A DNA stretch of 64,000 bases, taken from NCBI RefSeq assembly GCF_018350175.1, contig NC_058368.1, positions 194,186,001 to 194,250,000 of the forward strand, written 5' to 3'. The DNA comes from Felis catus. Its lineage: Eukaryota. The notes beneath the pieces are model-generated. The model was not told where the DNA came from. It did not search any database and was given only the letters and a program-made list of their open reading frames with translations. Below are positions 51,501 through 63,912 of the stretch, piece by piece (within the stretch, counting starts at the first letter, position 1; each line of letters begins with the position of its first letter). The position numbers and the translations under genes are program-made.

Positions 51501-52202
51501 GGGAATGTAAGTTGATGCAGTTTCTGTGGAAAACAGTGTGGAAGTTCCTTAAAAAATTGAAAATAGAAATACTATACAATTCTACTACTATTTATCCCAA
51601 GGAAATGAAAACACTAATTTGAAAACTAGTTTGCCCAACACTAATTTGAAAAGATATATGAACCTCTAAGTTTATTGCAGTATTTAAAATAGCTAAGATA
51701 TGGAACCAATCTAAGTGTCCATTTATAGATAAATGGATAAAGGGGATGTGGTGTGTGTATATAATGGAATTATTCAGCCACAAAAAAGGTGTATCTTGCC
51801 GTTTGTGACAACACAAATGAACTTCAAGGGTATTATGCTAAGTGAAATAAGTCAAAGAAAGACAAATATGTATGATTTCACTTACATGTGGAATCTAAAA
51901 AATAAAACAAATAGACAAATAAACAAAAAGCAGAAACAGACCCATAAGTGCAGACAATAAACTGATGTTTGACTAGGTTGGGGGGGAAAGCAAAATCGGT
52001 GAAGGGGAGTGAGAGCTAGTTATGAAAGGAGTCATGGAAGTAAAAAATACACCATAGGGAATATAGTCAGTGGTATTGTAATAGAGTTGTATGGTTACAG
52101 ATGGTAGCTACACTTGAGGTGAACCGTAGCATAACAGAGTTATAGCACCACTAAGTTGTATACCTGTGTGTCAACTATACTTCAATTAAAAAAAAAAAAA
52201 AA
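48508..52202 (+). mobile_element. 5'-truncated older carnivore L1 (ORF2 from the EN domain to the poly(A) tail)
   Basis: Continuous decayed ORF2 (ggatagatcacatgttaggtcacaaaacaagtctc; gcatttgacaaaatcca; ttcatagatgacatgatactata), 3'UTR gggaatatagtcagtggtattgtaatag, A tail 52188-52202. Confidence 0.93.
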
Positions 52203-52779
52203 GACCATTCATGAAACAAAAGGCTAAAGAAATCCTATCCTAGTGAAGAGGAAGAGAAAACCTTTGACTTCAACCTAGACAAAGGGGATTGATCATCATA
52301 TTATTAAAATTTAATCACCCTTTTGTTCAGTTTTACATCCATTTTTTTTTCTTTTTTATTACCCCTTTTATATTAGTGGCTCCATTGTATCTATTGTGGT
52401 TAGGGAAGGACTGAAAGGAATGTTCAGAGAATCCAATCCTTACTATCAGCAGCAAAAGTCCTATTAGCATCAAAACACTTCATCATCCTTGCATTATAAT
52501 AATGCCATATTGTTTTAATGACTTTTTTCTTTTAATAGTTGATACTGTTTCCTTCCTTTAGAGGAAGAGAATGACAAATGACAATTACCATCTAAAAACT
52601 GGTTTATGATATTAAAGTAGCCTCACTTCCCTCAGGTGTAAAATGGAAAAATAAATCCCTACTTTCAAACAGTAAGGTAAACACTGTATGAAAAAAATAT
52701 ATATCTTACTCAAGTGTTATAAACATATAAAAATAATTTATACACACAGAACTGTTCCAGAAATCTCTTAAGTATGTGC

Positions 52780-53170
52780 ACAAAGATTTTCATGGTAAGA
52801 ACTTGATAACAGGAGAGGGAGAGGGGAGAGAATTTAAATATACATTAGTATTGTGGAATACTATGTACCTATCAGAAAAACGGAGAGAAAGTTTTCTGTA
52901 TTAAATTTGGATTATATTCATGCTATATTGCAAGTGGAAAAATTGTAGACAGTTGTATTGTCTTATCTTTGTGAAATAAATATACACACCCATGTATTAG
53001 TGGGTGTATATGTGTGTACAAGTGAGGTTTCATGCATGGATGTGTGATCTAGAAGTACAGAGGATTTTTGGTGATTAACTCTAGGAATTAGAATGGGGAT
53101 TGGGACAACTGTCATTTGTACTCTTTTTTATAGAAGTATATACTATTTTGTAATAAAAAATAAAATTAAA
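52780..53170 (+). mobile_element. L1ME-like 3' fragment
   Basis: tacattagtattgtggaatactatgtacctatcagaaaa...tactattttgtaataaaaaa; diverged. Confidence 0.5.
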
Positions 53171-54319
53171 AATATAGAAAATAAAGAAGGAATCATACCA
53201 CAAAAATATTTTAAAAATGAAAACAATTTATAATAATATATATAAAATCCCATCTTTTTTACAAGGTACCATGAAGTAGTCCAGCATGTAGTCTGAAGCA
53301 GGATTTGTAGAATTTTGACTACAAGTAGACAATTAGGCTACCTCATTTCAGAGAAAGGCTAAAACACAGGCTTTCAAATCTGAATTTACATCAAGAGGAT
53401 TCACTTTCAGAAAGCAATCTCTTTACTTAGTGTATATGTAGATGAACTAGAGTCTTCTACAATTAAAAAGATGGTTCTGTTTTCTTTTGATAGCTTCTTT
53501 AAATCCCCCCTAAAGTTAAAAAAAAAAAAAAGAAAATGAGAACAACTATGTTGCCTAAAAAGGCTGAGGGTAAATATCTCATGGCTTCTACAACATGTTT
53601 CCTTCATCTTTCTCCTCAAAGTTCATGTGCCTTGAAAATTGAGGTCGAGGAATGACTGTACAGACAACTGCTATAGTAGTTTTAACCTCTTCAGGATAAT
53701 TAAGGCTTCAAATATTAGACTGAGGTTATTTTGCAGAGGTTGGTAACCAATTTCCTTCTAGGCATGAAACCAGGGTAAATAAAGTCAAATGGCTAGACAA
53801 TGAATGTCTGGGATGTGTAAATTATGAAATAATAAAATGACTTACTTGAGTGGTTATGGATTTGGCTTCTTTGGGAGTCACCACCTACCATTATTAATGT
53901 ACGATTTAGACCACTTCTTGAGTACCAGGCTATGGGTCTGGTATTGCACTAGGAACTTATACAACTCTTACATCTTCTCAACAATCATTTTTGGTGATTT
54001 TGTAGATCCAAGCTGTATTCCCATTTTACCTAATAGCTAAGGGAGCTTAAGCATATTGCCCAATATTAAAAAAATATATATACAAATTCTTCCCACAATG
54101 CAAAAAAAAATCCCTATGGAAGTGATCAATTGTTTTTTTGGCTGGAGAAAAAAAAAACAGATAAAAATTATCTCCAAAGTAATAGAAAGAAATGCATATC
54201 TTAAATATGAGATTTAAACAAAGGTACACCTAAGAAATAGAAAACTGTGGCATGGCAGGATTTTATGTGTAATGAAAATTTAAACAATTTGACATGCTAT
54301 TGAGATTATAAAAACTATG

Positions 54320-55300
54320 GGATGTAGAATCCAGATTAGAAGAATGTTCAGTATTGTTGGGTGCCATCAAGGAGGGCTTTATACTGCCCTGACAGTGTTT
54401 TAAGAGGAAAACAGATCTTAAAATATCTAGGTCCCATGGAAAATATCTGAACAACCTGGGGTTATCTGACTGAGAAGTATAGATCCTGAGGCCCATAAAA
54501 TCCTCATTGAATTAAATGAAGGAGAGATTCATCAGGTACCTGTGACAGCAAGAATTGGATTTCTGGAAGTTGCAAGGAGTCAGAAATATGTTTTTGATAT
54601 TGGACTTAAACAGAACTGTTCAAGTTGTCCAAGTCCACAGGAGAATAAACAGCCTTGAAAAGTAACAAGTCCCTAACTATCTGAGGTGTGTAAGCAGAAA
54701 AAAGAGGGTTTGTGCAGGGAAAATTCAAGCCCTAGGTTAGTAAGTCCCTGACTTACAATGGTTTGACTTTATAATGGTTTAAAAGCAATGTGCATTCAGT
54801 AGGAATAATACTTCAAATTTGGGATTTTGATCATTTCCCAGGCTAGCAATATGTGGTACTATGCTCTCCTGTGATGCAGGGTGGTTGAGGCAAGCAGTAG
54901 TTCCCAGTCAGCCATGCAATCACGAGGGTAACCAACCAAGACCCTTAAAACCATTCTTTGCCCATACAACCATTGTGCTTTTTACTTTCAGGACAGTATT
55001 CAATACATTCCATGAGACATTCAATATCTTATTATAAAATATGCTTTGTGTTAGATGATTTGGCCCAACTATAGGCTACTTACTGTAAATGTTCTGAGCA
55101 CATTTAAGGTAAGCTAGGCTAAGCTGTGATGTTTAGTAGGTTAGGTGTTTTAAGTGCATTTTTGACTTAGGATATTGTCACCTTATGACGGGTTTATCAG
55201 GATGTCACCCCACAGTAAGTTGAAGAAGATCTGTATGTTATTCTTACGAATATTCAGGATCTTTGATGTCATTTCTTCTGATCCTGAAATTTTGAGATAA
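54320..55300 (+). mobile_element. L3/CR1 3' fragment split by the MER47 element
   Basis: gtgttttaagaggaaaacaga...acaacctggggttatctgactgagaag and cagccttgaaaagtaacaagtccctaactatctgaggtgtgtaagcaga resemble the CR1 3' end. Terminal ctttgatgtc...ctgaaattttg follows 55236. Confidence 0.5.
54738..55233 (-). mobile_element. MER47/Tigger5-type non-autonomous TcMar DNA transposon
   Basis: Inverted termini (gtccctgacttacaatgg ... ccacagtaagttgaagaagatctg followed by TA). Internal gttctgagcacatttaaggtaagctaggctaagct is typical of MER47. Confidence 0.85.
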
Positions 55301-55549
55301 ATTTGTATGACATAGCCTTTAAGAATTACCTAGACCTCTAGTATTCTAATTACAAAGAATTATAAAAATTAGAAGGTGAAAAGTTAGCCATTAGCTGAAT
55401 ATCCCATGGGGTACATTTATTGCCCTGATTTTAAGGTCAGAAACTTTATCGTTTTTATTGTTTACTATTCCTTTCAGAATGCCCAGGACACTGTGTAAGG
55501 TTCTAAGTTATTTCCCGAAATAAATTTAATAAGCTTTTTCTTCTCAAAG

Positions 55550-55550
<1 letters not shown>

Positions 55551-55610
<60 letters not shown>

Positions 55611-55830
55611 TATATGTATGTATATGTATATATATATGTATATGTGTATATATATGTATGTATTATGTATAATAGCTTTTTCTTCTCAAAGATATTTATA
55701 TTTATATATATATAACTTTATATATGTAATATAAGGTTATATATATAATTTTAGCTATATATTTGTATATCTATATATTTGCATATCTGTATACTATATT
55801 CACACACACATATATGTATAGATAGGTATT
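55551..55830. repeat. Compound (TA)n(CA)n(TATG)n microsatellite and TA-rich low-complexity block
   Basis: Directly visible. Confidence 0.95.
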
Positions 55831-55989
55831 ATAGATAAGAAGGGTCACAGCCCTTACACAAGAAAGGTAGCAACCAACCTCAACATTTTTCATGTCTAGA
55901 TTTGAAGTAAGTTGGTTCTAAATGTACTGCTCAAAGTATGCTTATTACCAATGTTGTCCTTCACAAATAAAAACTTTCCTCAACTTTGA

Positions 55990-56130
55990 GAGCTAAACAA
56001 TTGTTTTCCATTATATAGGTCATGAAACTGAGCCTTAGAGAAGTGAAATATCTTGCCAAATGTCTCACAGATAGTAAAGTGACACAGTTATGTGCCCATC
56101 TCAGTTGTGAATGAGTTGGACTCCTCACTA
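55990..56130 (-). mobile_element. MIR fragment
   Basis: ccattatataggtcatgaaactgagccttagagaagtgaaatatcttgccaaatgtctcacagatagtaa. Confidence 0.75.
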
Positions 56131-56652
56131 GGGGTAGGAGTAGAGCCAACCATGTTAGAATGCCCCCTGACCTGCCAGGTGACATCTACCATACCACAAC
56201 AGGAAGCATTTAACTCCTTCTGAGTTACCTTGGCAAAAACTCAGAAAAGAAAAAAACACCTGGTGCTTTGAAAAATAACCATCTCAGAAGGAATGGCTAG
56301 ATGGCCTCACTGCCTTAGACAGAGTTTAGCTTAAAGGAATCACTGGTGTAACAGAAATTCTCTTTGAGCAGAATTTTAAAGGACCCATCTCCCTATAGGT
56401 CTAATATGAGAGATATTTTCTAAGGAGGTTGGGGACGGGAAGGAAGTACTATAAAGAAGAAGCATCCTCCAGAAGATTCCCTGAATAGGTCAGGATGCTC
56501 CATTTCAGCAAGTAGGTATTAGGCAAGGATTGCACTGACCTCATTCACAGTGGGAACGTCAACCTTGTCTATAGCTATCTAGTAAACCACCTGCTCCTAG
56601 CTCAAATCCTTGTACTTATTTATTAACTTATGGGTTTAATATATTCCTTTAT

Positions 56653-59600
56653 ATTGACATACAAGGAAAACCCCAAAAGGCTCTCAGATTTTTCTGAAAC
56701 TTTGTGGATAGAAGGGAGTGGCATGATATACTATAAGTGCTGAAAGGGAAAAATCTGCAGCCAGGAATACTCTATCTAGCAAGGCTGTCATTCCAAATAG
56801 AAGAACAAGTAAAGAGATTCCCACACAAACAAAAACTAAAGGAGTTCATGATCACTAAACCAGCCCTATAAGAAATATTAAAGGGGACTCTTTGAGTAGA
56901 ACAGAAAGACCATAATTAAGAGTATAAAAAGTAAAAAAAACACAAAAGCATAAAAATAATTTCTGCAACATCAGTCAAGGGATTCATAAAAGGATATAAA
57001 ATATGACACCATATACCTAAAATGTGGGTGGGAAAGGAGTGAAGAATGGGTTCAAACTTAAGCAACTCTCAACTTAATATAGACTGATACACGCAGAAAA
57101 TGTTATATATAAACCATATGGTAACCACAAATCAAAAACAAGTAATGGATATGCAAATAATAAAGAGAAAGGAATCCAAGTATATCACTAAAGAAAGCCA
57201 CCAAACTATGAGAGCAAGAGAAGAAAGGATCAGAGAAAATGTATAGAAACAATCACAAAACAGGCAATAAGTACTTATCTGTCAATAATTACTTTGGAGC
57301 ATTTAGTCCATTTACCTTCAGTCAGAAGACAGAGTGACATAATAGGCAAGAACAAAACAAAACAAGACCCATCTATATTCTGACTACAAGGGAATCATTC
57401 AAGACTGAAAGTAAGGGAATGGGGAAACATTTATCATATAAATGCATGTCAAAAGAAAGCCAGGGTAGCAATATTTATATCAGACAAAATGGACTTTCAA
57501 ACAAGGACTGTACTAAGAGAAAAAGGACACTAGATAATAATAAAGAGAACAATCCAAACAAGAGAACATAACAATTGTATTTATACACCCAACATGGAAG
57601 CAGCCAAATACTTAATAATGTTAATAGCGAACATAAAGGAAATGATCGGTAGTAATACAGTAATAGTGGGGGACTTAAAAGCCCACCTGAATCAATGGAC
57701 AGATTATCCCAACAGAAAATCAAAATGGACATAGTGGCTTTGAATGACACACTGGACCAGGTGGTTTTAACAGATATATTCAGAACATTCCATCCTAAAA
57801 CAGAATATATATTCTTTTCAAGCACACATGGAACATTCTCCACAATAGAGCACAATGTTAGGTCACAAAACAAGTCTCAACAAATTCAAAGAGATTGAAG
57901 TCATACCATGTATCTTTTCTAATCACAATGTTATGAAACTAAAAATCAACCACAAGAAAAAATCTGGAAAGAGCACAAATACATGGAGGTTAAATAATAT
58001 GCTGCTAAACAATGAATGGATCAACCAAAACATCAAAGAATAAAAAGTACATTAAAACAAATGAAACTACAATGGACAAAAATCTTTGGGATGCAGCAAA
58101 AGTGATTCTAAGAGTTTATAGCATTACCTACTTTAACACAAGAAGCAAGAAAAGTTCTAACTCAAGAAGAAAATTCTCAAATAAAACATAATCTGACACC
58201 TAAAGGAGCTACAAAGAGAACAAACAAAATGCAAACCCAAGAAAAAGAAGGAAACAATAAAGATTAGAGGAGAAATAAGTGGTATAGAAGCTAAAGAAAA
58301 TAGAATAGGTCAATGAAACCAGGAGCTGGTTCTTTGAAAAGATCAACAAAATTGATAAACATTTAGCTGGACTCCACAAAAAAGAGGACCTAAATAAACT
58401 AAAGAGAGAAATAACAACCAACACCACAGAAATACAAACAGTTGTAACAGAGTATTATGAAAACCTATAAGCCAACAAATTGGACAACCTAGAAGGAATG
58501 AATTAATTCCTAAAAACATGTAGCCTATCAAAACTGAAGCAGGAAGAAACAAAAAATTTGAAGAGACCAATTGCCAGCAATGAAATTAGATCAGTAATCC
58601 AAAGACTCCCACCAAACAAAAGTCCAGGACCAGACGGCCTCACTGGCAAATTCTACCAAGTAAGAAAGGAGGAGTTAATACCCATTCTTCTCAAATTCCC
58701 ACCCCCCCCCCAAAAAAAAATAGAAGAGGAAGGAAAACTTCCAAATTCATTCCATGAGGCCAGAATAATCCTGATAACAAAACCAGATAAAGACACCACA
58801 AAAAAAGAGAACTACAGGCCAGGATCTCTCATGAATATAGATGCAAAAATCCTAAGCAGAATATTAGCAAACTGAATCCAATAATACATTAACAAAACCT
58901 ACACCAAGACCAGGTGGGATATGTTCTTGGGATACAAGGGTGGTTCAATATTTGAAAAAAAAATTAGCATGATATGTCACATCAAAAAAGAAAGGATAAA
59001 AACCTATGATAATTTTAATAGAATCAGAAAAAATATTCAACAAATGACACACATTCATTATAAACACCCTCTGCAAAGTAAATCTAGAGGGAATATATAC
59101 TTCAACATAATAAAGGCTTCATATGAAAAGCCCACAGCTAACACCAAACTCAATAAAGAAAAGCTGAGAGTTTTTACCCCAAGGTCAGGAACAAGACAAG
59201 AACGTCCACTCTCACCCCTTTTATTCATCATAGTACTGGAGGTCCTAGCCACAGCAATTAGAAAACATAAAGAAATAAAAGGCATCCAAAATTGGTAAGG
59301 AAGAAGTCAAACTTTCACTATTTGCAGATGACATAATACCGTGTATAGAAAACCCAAAAAGATTCCACCAAAAACCTACTAGAACTGATAAAGTAACTCA
59401 ATGAAGTCACAGGATACAAAATCAATGTACAGAAGTTTATTGCATTCCTGTACAGTAATAATGAGGCAGTAGAAAGAGAAATTAAGAAAACAATCCATTT
59501 GCAATTGCTCCAAAAATAATAAAATATCTAGGAATACACTTAAGCAAAGAGGTCAAAGAATGTACTCTGAAAACTATAAAACACTGATGAAAGAAATTCA

Positions 59601-61496
59601 AGGTGATGTAAAGAAATGGAAAGATATTCCATATTCATGGGTTGGAATACTGTTAAAATGTCTCTATTCCCCAAAGTAATCTACAGATTTAATGTAATCC
59701 CTATCAAAATACCAAAATCATTTTTCACCTAACTAGAACAAACAATCCTAAAATCTATATGGAACCATAAAAATACTTCAAATAGCCAAAACAATCTTGA
59801 AAAAGAAAAACAAAACTGGAGGTATCACAATTCCAGATTTCAAATTCTATTACAAATCTGTAGTAATCAAGACAGTATGGTAGTGGCACAAAAATAGACA
59901 CAGAGTTCAATAGAACAGGATAGGAATCCTAAACCCACAATTATATGGTCAATTAATGTTTGACAACAGAGGCAAAAATATGCAATGGGAAAAATAGAGT
60001 TTCTTCAACAATTTGTATTGGGGAAACTGGACAGATAACATAAAAGAATGAAACTAGACTACTTTCTTTCACCATAAACAAATATAAATTCAAATTGATT
60101 AAGGACCTAAATGTGAGGCCTTAAACGATAAAAATAATTGAAGGGATCACAGGAGTAATTTCTCTAACATTGGTGGTAGCAACATTTTTTAAGATAGGTC
60201 TCCTGAGGCAAGAGCAACAAACACAAAAATAAACTATTAGGTGAGACTACATCAAAATAAAAAGTTTCTGCACAGCAAAGGAAACAATTACAAAACCAAA
60301 AGACAACCTACTGAATGAGAAGATATTTGCAAATGACATATCTGATAAAGGGTTAGTATCCAAAATATATTTTTAAAAATTGATAAAACTCAACACCCAA
60401 AAAACAAAAAATCCAATTAAAATAGGGAGAAGACATGAACAAACGTTTCTCCAAAGAAGACATCCAGACAGCCAATAGACACATGAAAAGATGCACAATA
60501 TCACTCATCATCCTGGAAATGCAAGTCAAAATTACAATGTGATACTACCTCACACCTATCGGAATGGCTAAAATCAAAACACATGAAACAACATGTGTTA
60601 GCAAGGATGTGAACAAAAAGGAAGTTTTGTGCACTGTTGGTGGGAATACAAACTGGAGCAGCCATTGCTGGGAAACAGTATGGAGGTTCCTCAAAAAATT
60701 GAAAATAGAACTAGCCTATGATCCAGGAATTATACTACGAGGTATTTACCCCCCATGAAAAACAAAACAAACAAAAACAACAACACAAACACTAATTCAA
60801 AGGGATACATGGAGCCTATGTGTATTGCAGTATTATTTACGATAGTCAAACTATGGAAACAACTCAAAAGTTCATCAATAGATGAATGGATAAAGATACA
60901 TAGATATATACACACACACATACAATGGAATATTATTGAGCTATGAAAATAATGAAATCTTGCTATTTGAAACAACATGGATAGAGCTATAGAGTATAAT
61001 GCTAAATGAGGTAAGTCAGAAAAAGACCAATACCATATGATCTCACTCATGTGTGCATTTAAGAAATAAACAAGCAAAGGAGAAAGAGAAACCAAGAAAC
61101 AGATTCCTAACTATAGAGAACAAACTAATGATTACTAGAGAGGAGGTGAGGGGTGGGGGGAATGGGTGAAATAAGGGATGTGGATTAAAGAGTACACTTA
61201 ACATGGGGCGCCTGGGTGGCGCAGTCGGTTAAGCGTCCGACTTCAGCCAGGTCACGATCTGGCGGTCCGTGAGTTCGAGCCCCGCGTCAGGCTCTGGGCT
61301 GATGGCTCGGAGCCTGGAGCCTGTTTCCGATTCTGTGTCTCCCTCTCTCTCTGCCCCTCCCCCGTTCATGCTCTGTCTCTCTCTGTCCCAAAAATAAATA
61401 AAAACATTGAAAAAAAATTAAAAAAAAAGAGTACACTTAACATGAAAAAAATTATATATATATATATGTATATACACACACACATATACATATATG
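56653..61496 (+). mobile_element. 5'-truncated carnivore L1 (ORF1 C-terminus, spacer, full decayed ORF2, shortened 3'UTR, tail turned microsatellite)
   Basis: ORF2 fragments in the track (57695, 57855, and 58558 [14 protein letters not shown]...[16 protein letters not shown]). TSD core tattcctttat (56642-56652 / 61497-61507) at a ttt/aata site. Confidence 0.93.
61205..61425 (+). mobile_element. Young CanSINE (SINEC_Fc type) in the L1 3'UTR
   Basis: Perfect 18-bp TSD aaagagtacacttaacat (61187-61204 / 61426-61443). Confidence 0.97.
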
Positions 61497-62676
61497 TATT
61501 CCTTTATTACAAGAGGAGATCTCATACCCACATACCATTATCTGGATGCTTTCTTATTCTCATTATACCATGTTATTTCTTTCCTTATTATTTTTATTTC
61601 TACTTAGTAATGCTTTCATTCTTTTTGCATATATGTTGATTTACTTAATAACCATATGAGGATTTTATACCATTAAATTTTCTCCATCTCATGCTTTTTT
61701 CAAACATATTTTAATAATACCTTCCTTCCTTATTTCACCTTCCTTCTTTATTCTGGCTACCACACTATTTCTGAATTTCTTTTCCAAAATTCATGGCCTC
61801 CTCAAATATGATCTCCAGCCCTATTTAATTTCAGAACCAATGGAATGCACATATGAAAAGATATGCTTTCTTCTTCTTTGTTTACTCCGCCCTATCATCC
61901 ATATTACAGAACACAGTTCTTGTCCTATGCTATGTTTAACATAAGAAACACACATTAAATGTTTGTGGGAGTGAATTAGAACACACAAAAAAGAAAACAT
62001 TATGTAATTTTTGAGCTTTTTAAAAATTTTTATTCATTAAATTTAAATTAAAAAAAAATCACCCATCCCCCACCCCACCCCTGCAACCATCAATTTGTTT
62101 TCTGTAATGAGCTGGGTTTTGTTTTGTTTTGAGATTCCAAATATGAGAAATCATACAGTATTTGTCTTTTTTTGGACTTATTCCACTTAGCATAATGCCT
62201 TCAAGGTACATCCATGTTGTTGCAAATGGCAAGATTTGCTTATCCATTTGTCCACAAGTAGACACTTACGTTGTTTCCATATCTTGGCTATTGTTAAATA
62301 ATGCTGCAGCGAACATGGGCATGTATGTATCTTTTCAAATTAGTGATTTAATTTTCTCTGGATAAAATACCCAGAAGTAGAATTGCTGGATCATATAATA
62401 TTCTGTTTTTAATTTTTTGAGGAACCTCTATCTTGTTTTCCATAATGGTTACACCAATTTACATTCCCACCCACAATGCACACAAGTACCCTTTTCTCCA
62501 AATCCTTGCTAACACTTGGTATTTCTTGTATTTTTGATGACAGCAATTTTAACGAGTATGAGGTGATATCCTCCTTGAGGCTTTGATTTGCATTTCCCTG
62601 ATGATTAATGATGTTGAACAACTTTTCATGTATCTGTTGGCCATCTGTAGGTCTTCTTTGGAAAAATGTGTATTCA

Positions 62677-62882
62677 GGGGCGTCTGAGTGGCTTAGTCAG
62701 TTAAGTGTCCAACTTCGTCTTAGGTCATGATCTCGCAGTTCATGAATTTGAGCCCTGTGTCGGGCTCTGTGCTGACAGCTCAGAGTCTGGAGCCTGCTTC
62801 AAATTCTGTGTCTTCCTCTCTGTCAGTCCCTCCCTTGCTTGCTCTCTGTCTCTCTTACTCTCAAAAATATATAAGTATAAAA
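62677..62882 (+). mobile_element. CanSINE
   Basis: TSD aaaaatgtgtattcag / aaaaatgtgtagtcag. Confidence 0.95.
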
Positions 62883-62957
62883 AAAAATGTGTAGTCAGAT
62901 CCTCTTCCCGTTATTAGGTTGTTGGTTTTCTGTTTGTTATTTGTTCTGCTATGTTTT

Positions 62958-63168
62958 ATTTTTTTATTTTATTAATTTTTTTATGTTTATTATTTTAGAC
63001 AGAGAATAAGTCAGGGACGGCAAAGAGAGGGGAGATACAGAATCCGAAGCAGGTTCCAGGCTCCAAGCTGTCAGCACAGAGCTCGACAAGGGGCTCAAAC
63101 CCATGAACCGTAAGATCATGACCCGAGCTGAAGTTAGGTGCTTAACTGACTGAGCCACCCAGGCGCCC
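62958..63168 (-). mobile_element. CanSINE
   Basis: Reverse-oriented SINE. TSD-like ttctgctatgtttt / ttttgctatatttt. Confidence 0.95.
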
Positions 63169-63912
63169 AAGTTTTTGCTATATTTTAGATATTAGTCTCC
63201 TTACCATATATATGATTTACAATTATTTTCTCCCTTTAGTTGGTTCCTTTTCATTTTGTTGATGGTTTCCTTTGTTGTGCAGAAGCTTTTTAGCTTGATG
63301 TAGCCCCACGTGTTTATTTTTGCTTTTGGTATCAGATTTAAAATAATAATAATAACTCATCACTAAGACCTATGTCAAGGAGATAACTGCCTGTGTTTTC
63401 TTCCAAGAGTTTTATGGTTTTGGGTCTTAAATTCAAGTCTTTTTTTCCATTTTGAGTTAATTTTTGCATATGGCATAAGGTAGGGGTCCAGTTTCATTCT
63501 TTTCCATTGGCTGTTTTCCCCAACACCATTTACTGAAGAGAGTGTCCAAATTATTCTTACTATTTTGCTGAAAAATTGACTCCACTTTGATGAATACTCC
63601 TCCCACAACTTCTCAGCTGTTCCCCTCAGAGTGCTGGCTTACATGTTCTCTAACTTTTCTTGTAACCTTATAGTTCAATCACATTCGTTCTTTCCTTTGA
63701 AAATTTGGAAGATCTTTATTTACAGAGTGCTTTCTTACCCCAAAACAGGGGAAGCATTTTGCTTTTCAGAACAAGTCTGAACAAGCTAAAGTGGTAAGTA
63801 AAAAGAAACTACCATTCAACTTAGAAAAGAAAATCTCACCAATGAGAAAGTTAACTGCATAGGTTTAGTTTCCCAGACTTTGAAATCCCAGGGTTCATAT
63901 AGAAACTCAACA

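Larger units (their letters stand above)
62020..63547 (-). mobile_element. 5'-truncated L1 3' part containing two SINEs
   Basis: ORF2 C-terminal remnants (ILPFATTWMYLEGIMLS; WKRMKLDPYLMPYAKINSKW). Confidence 0.9.
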
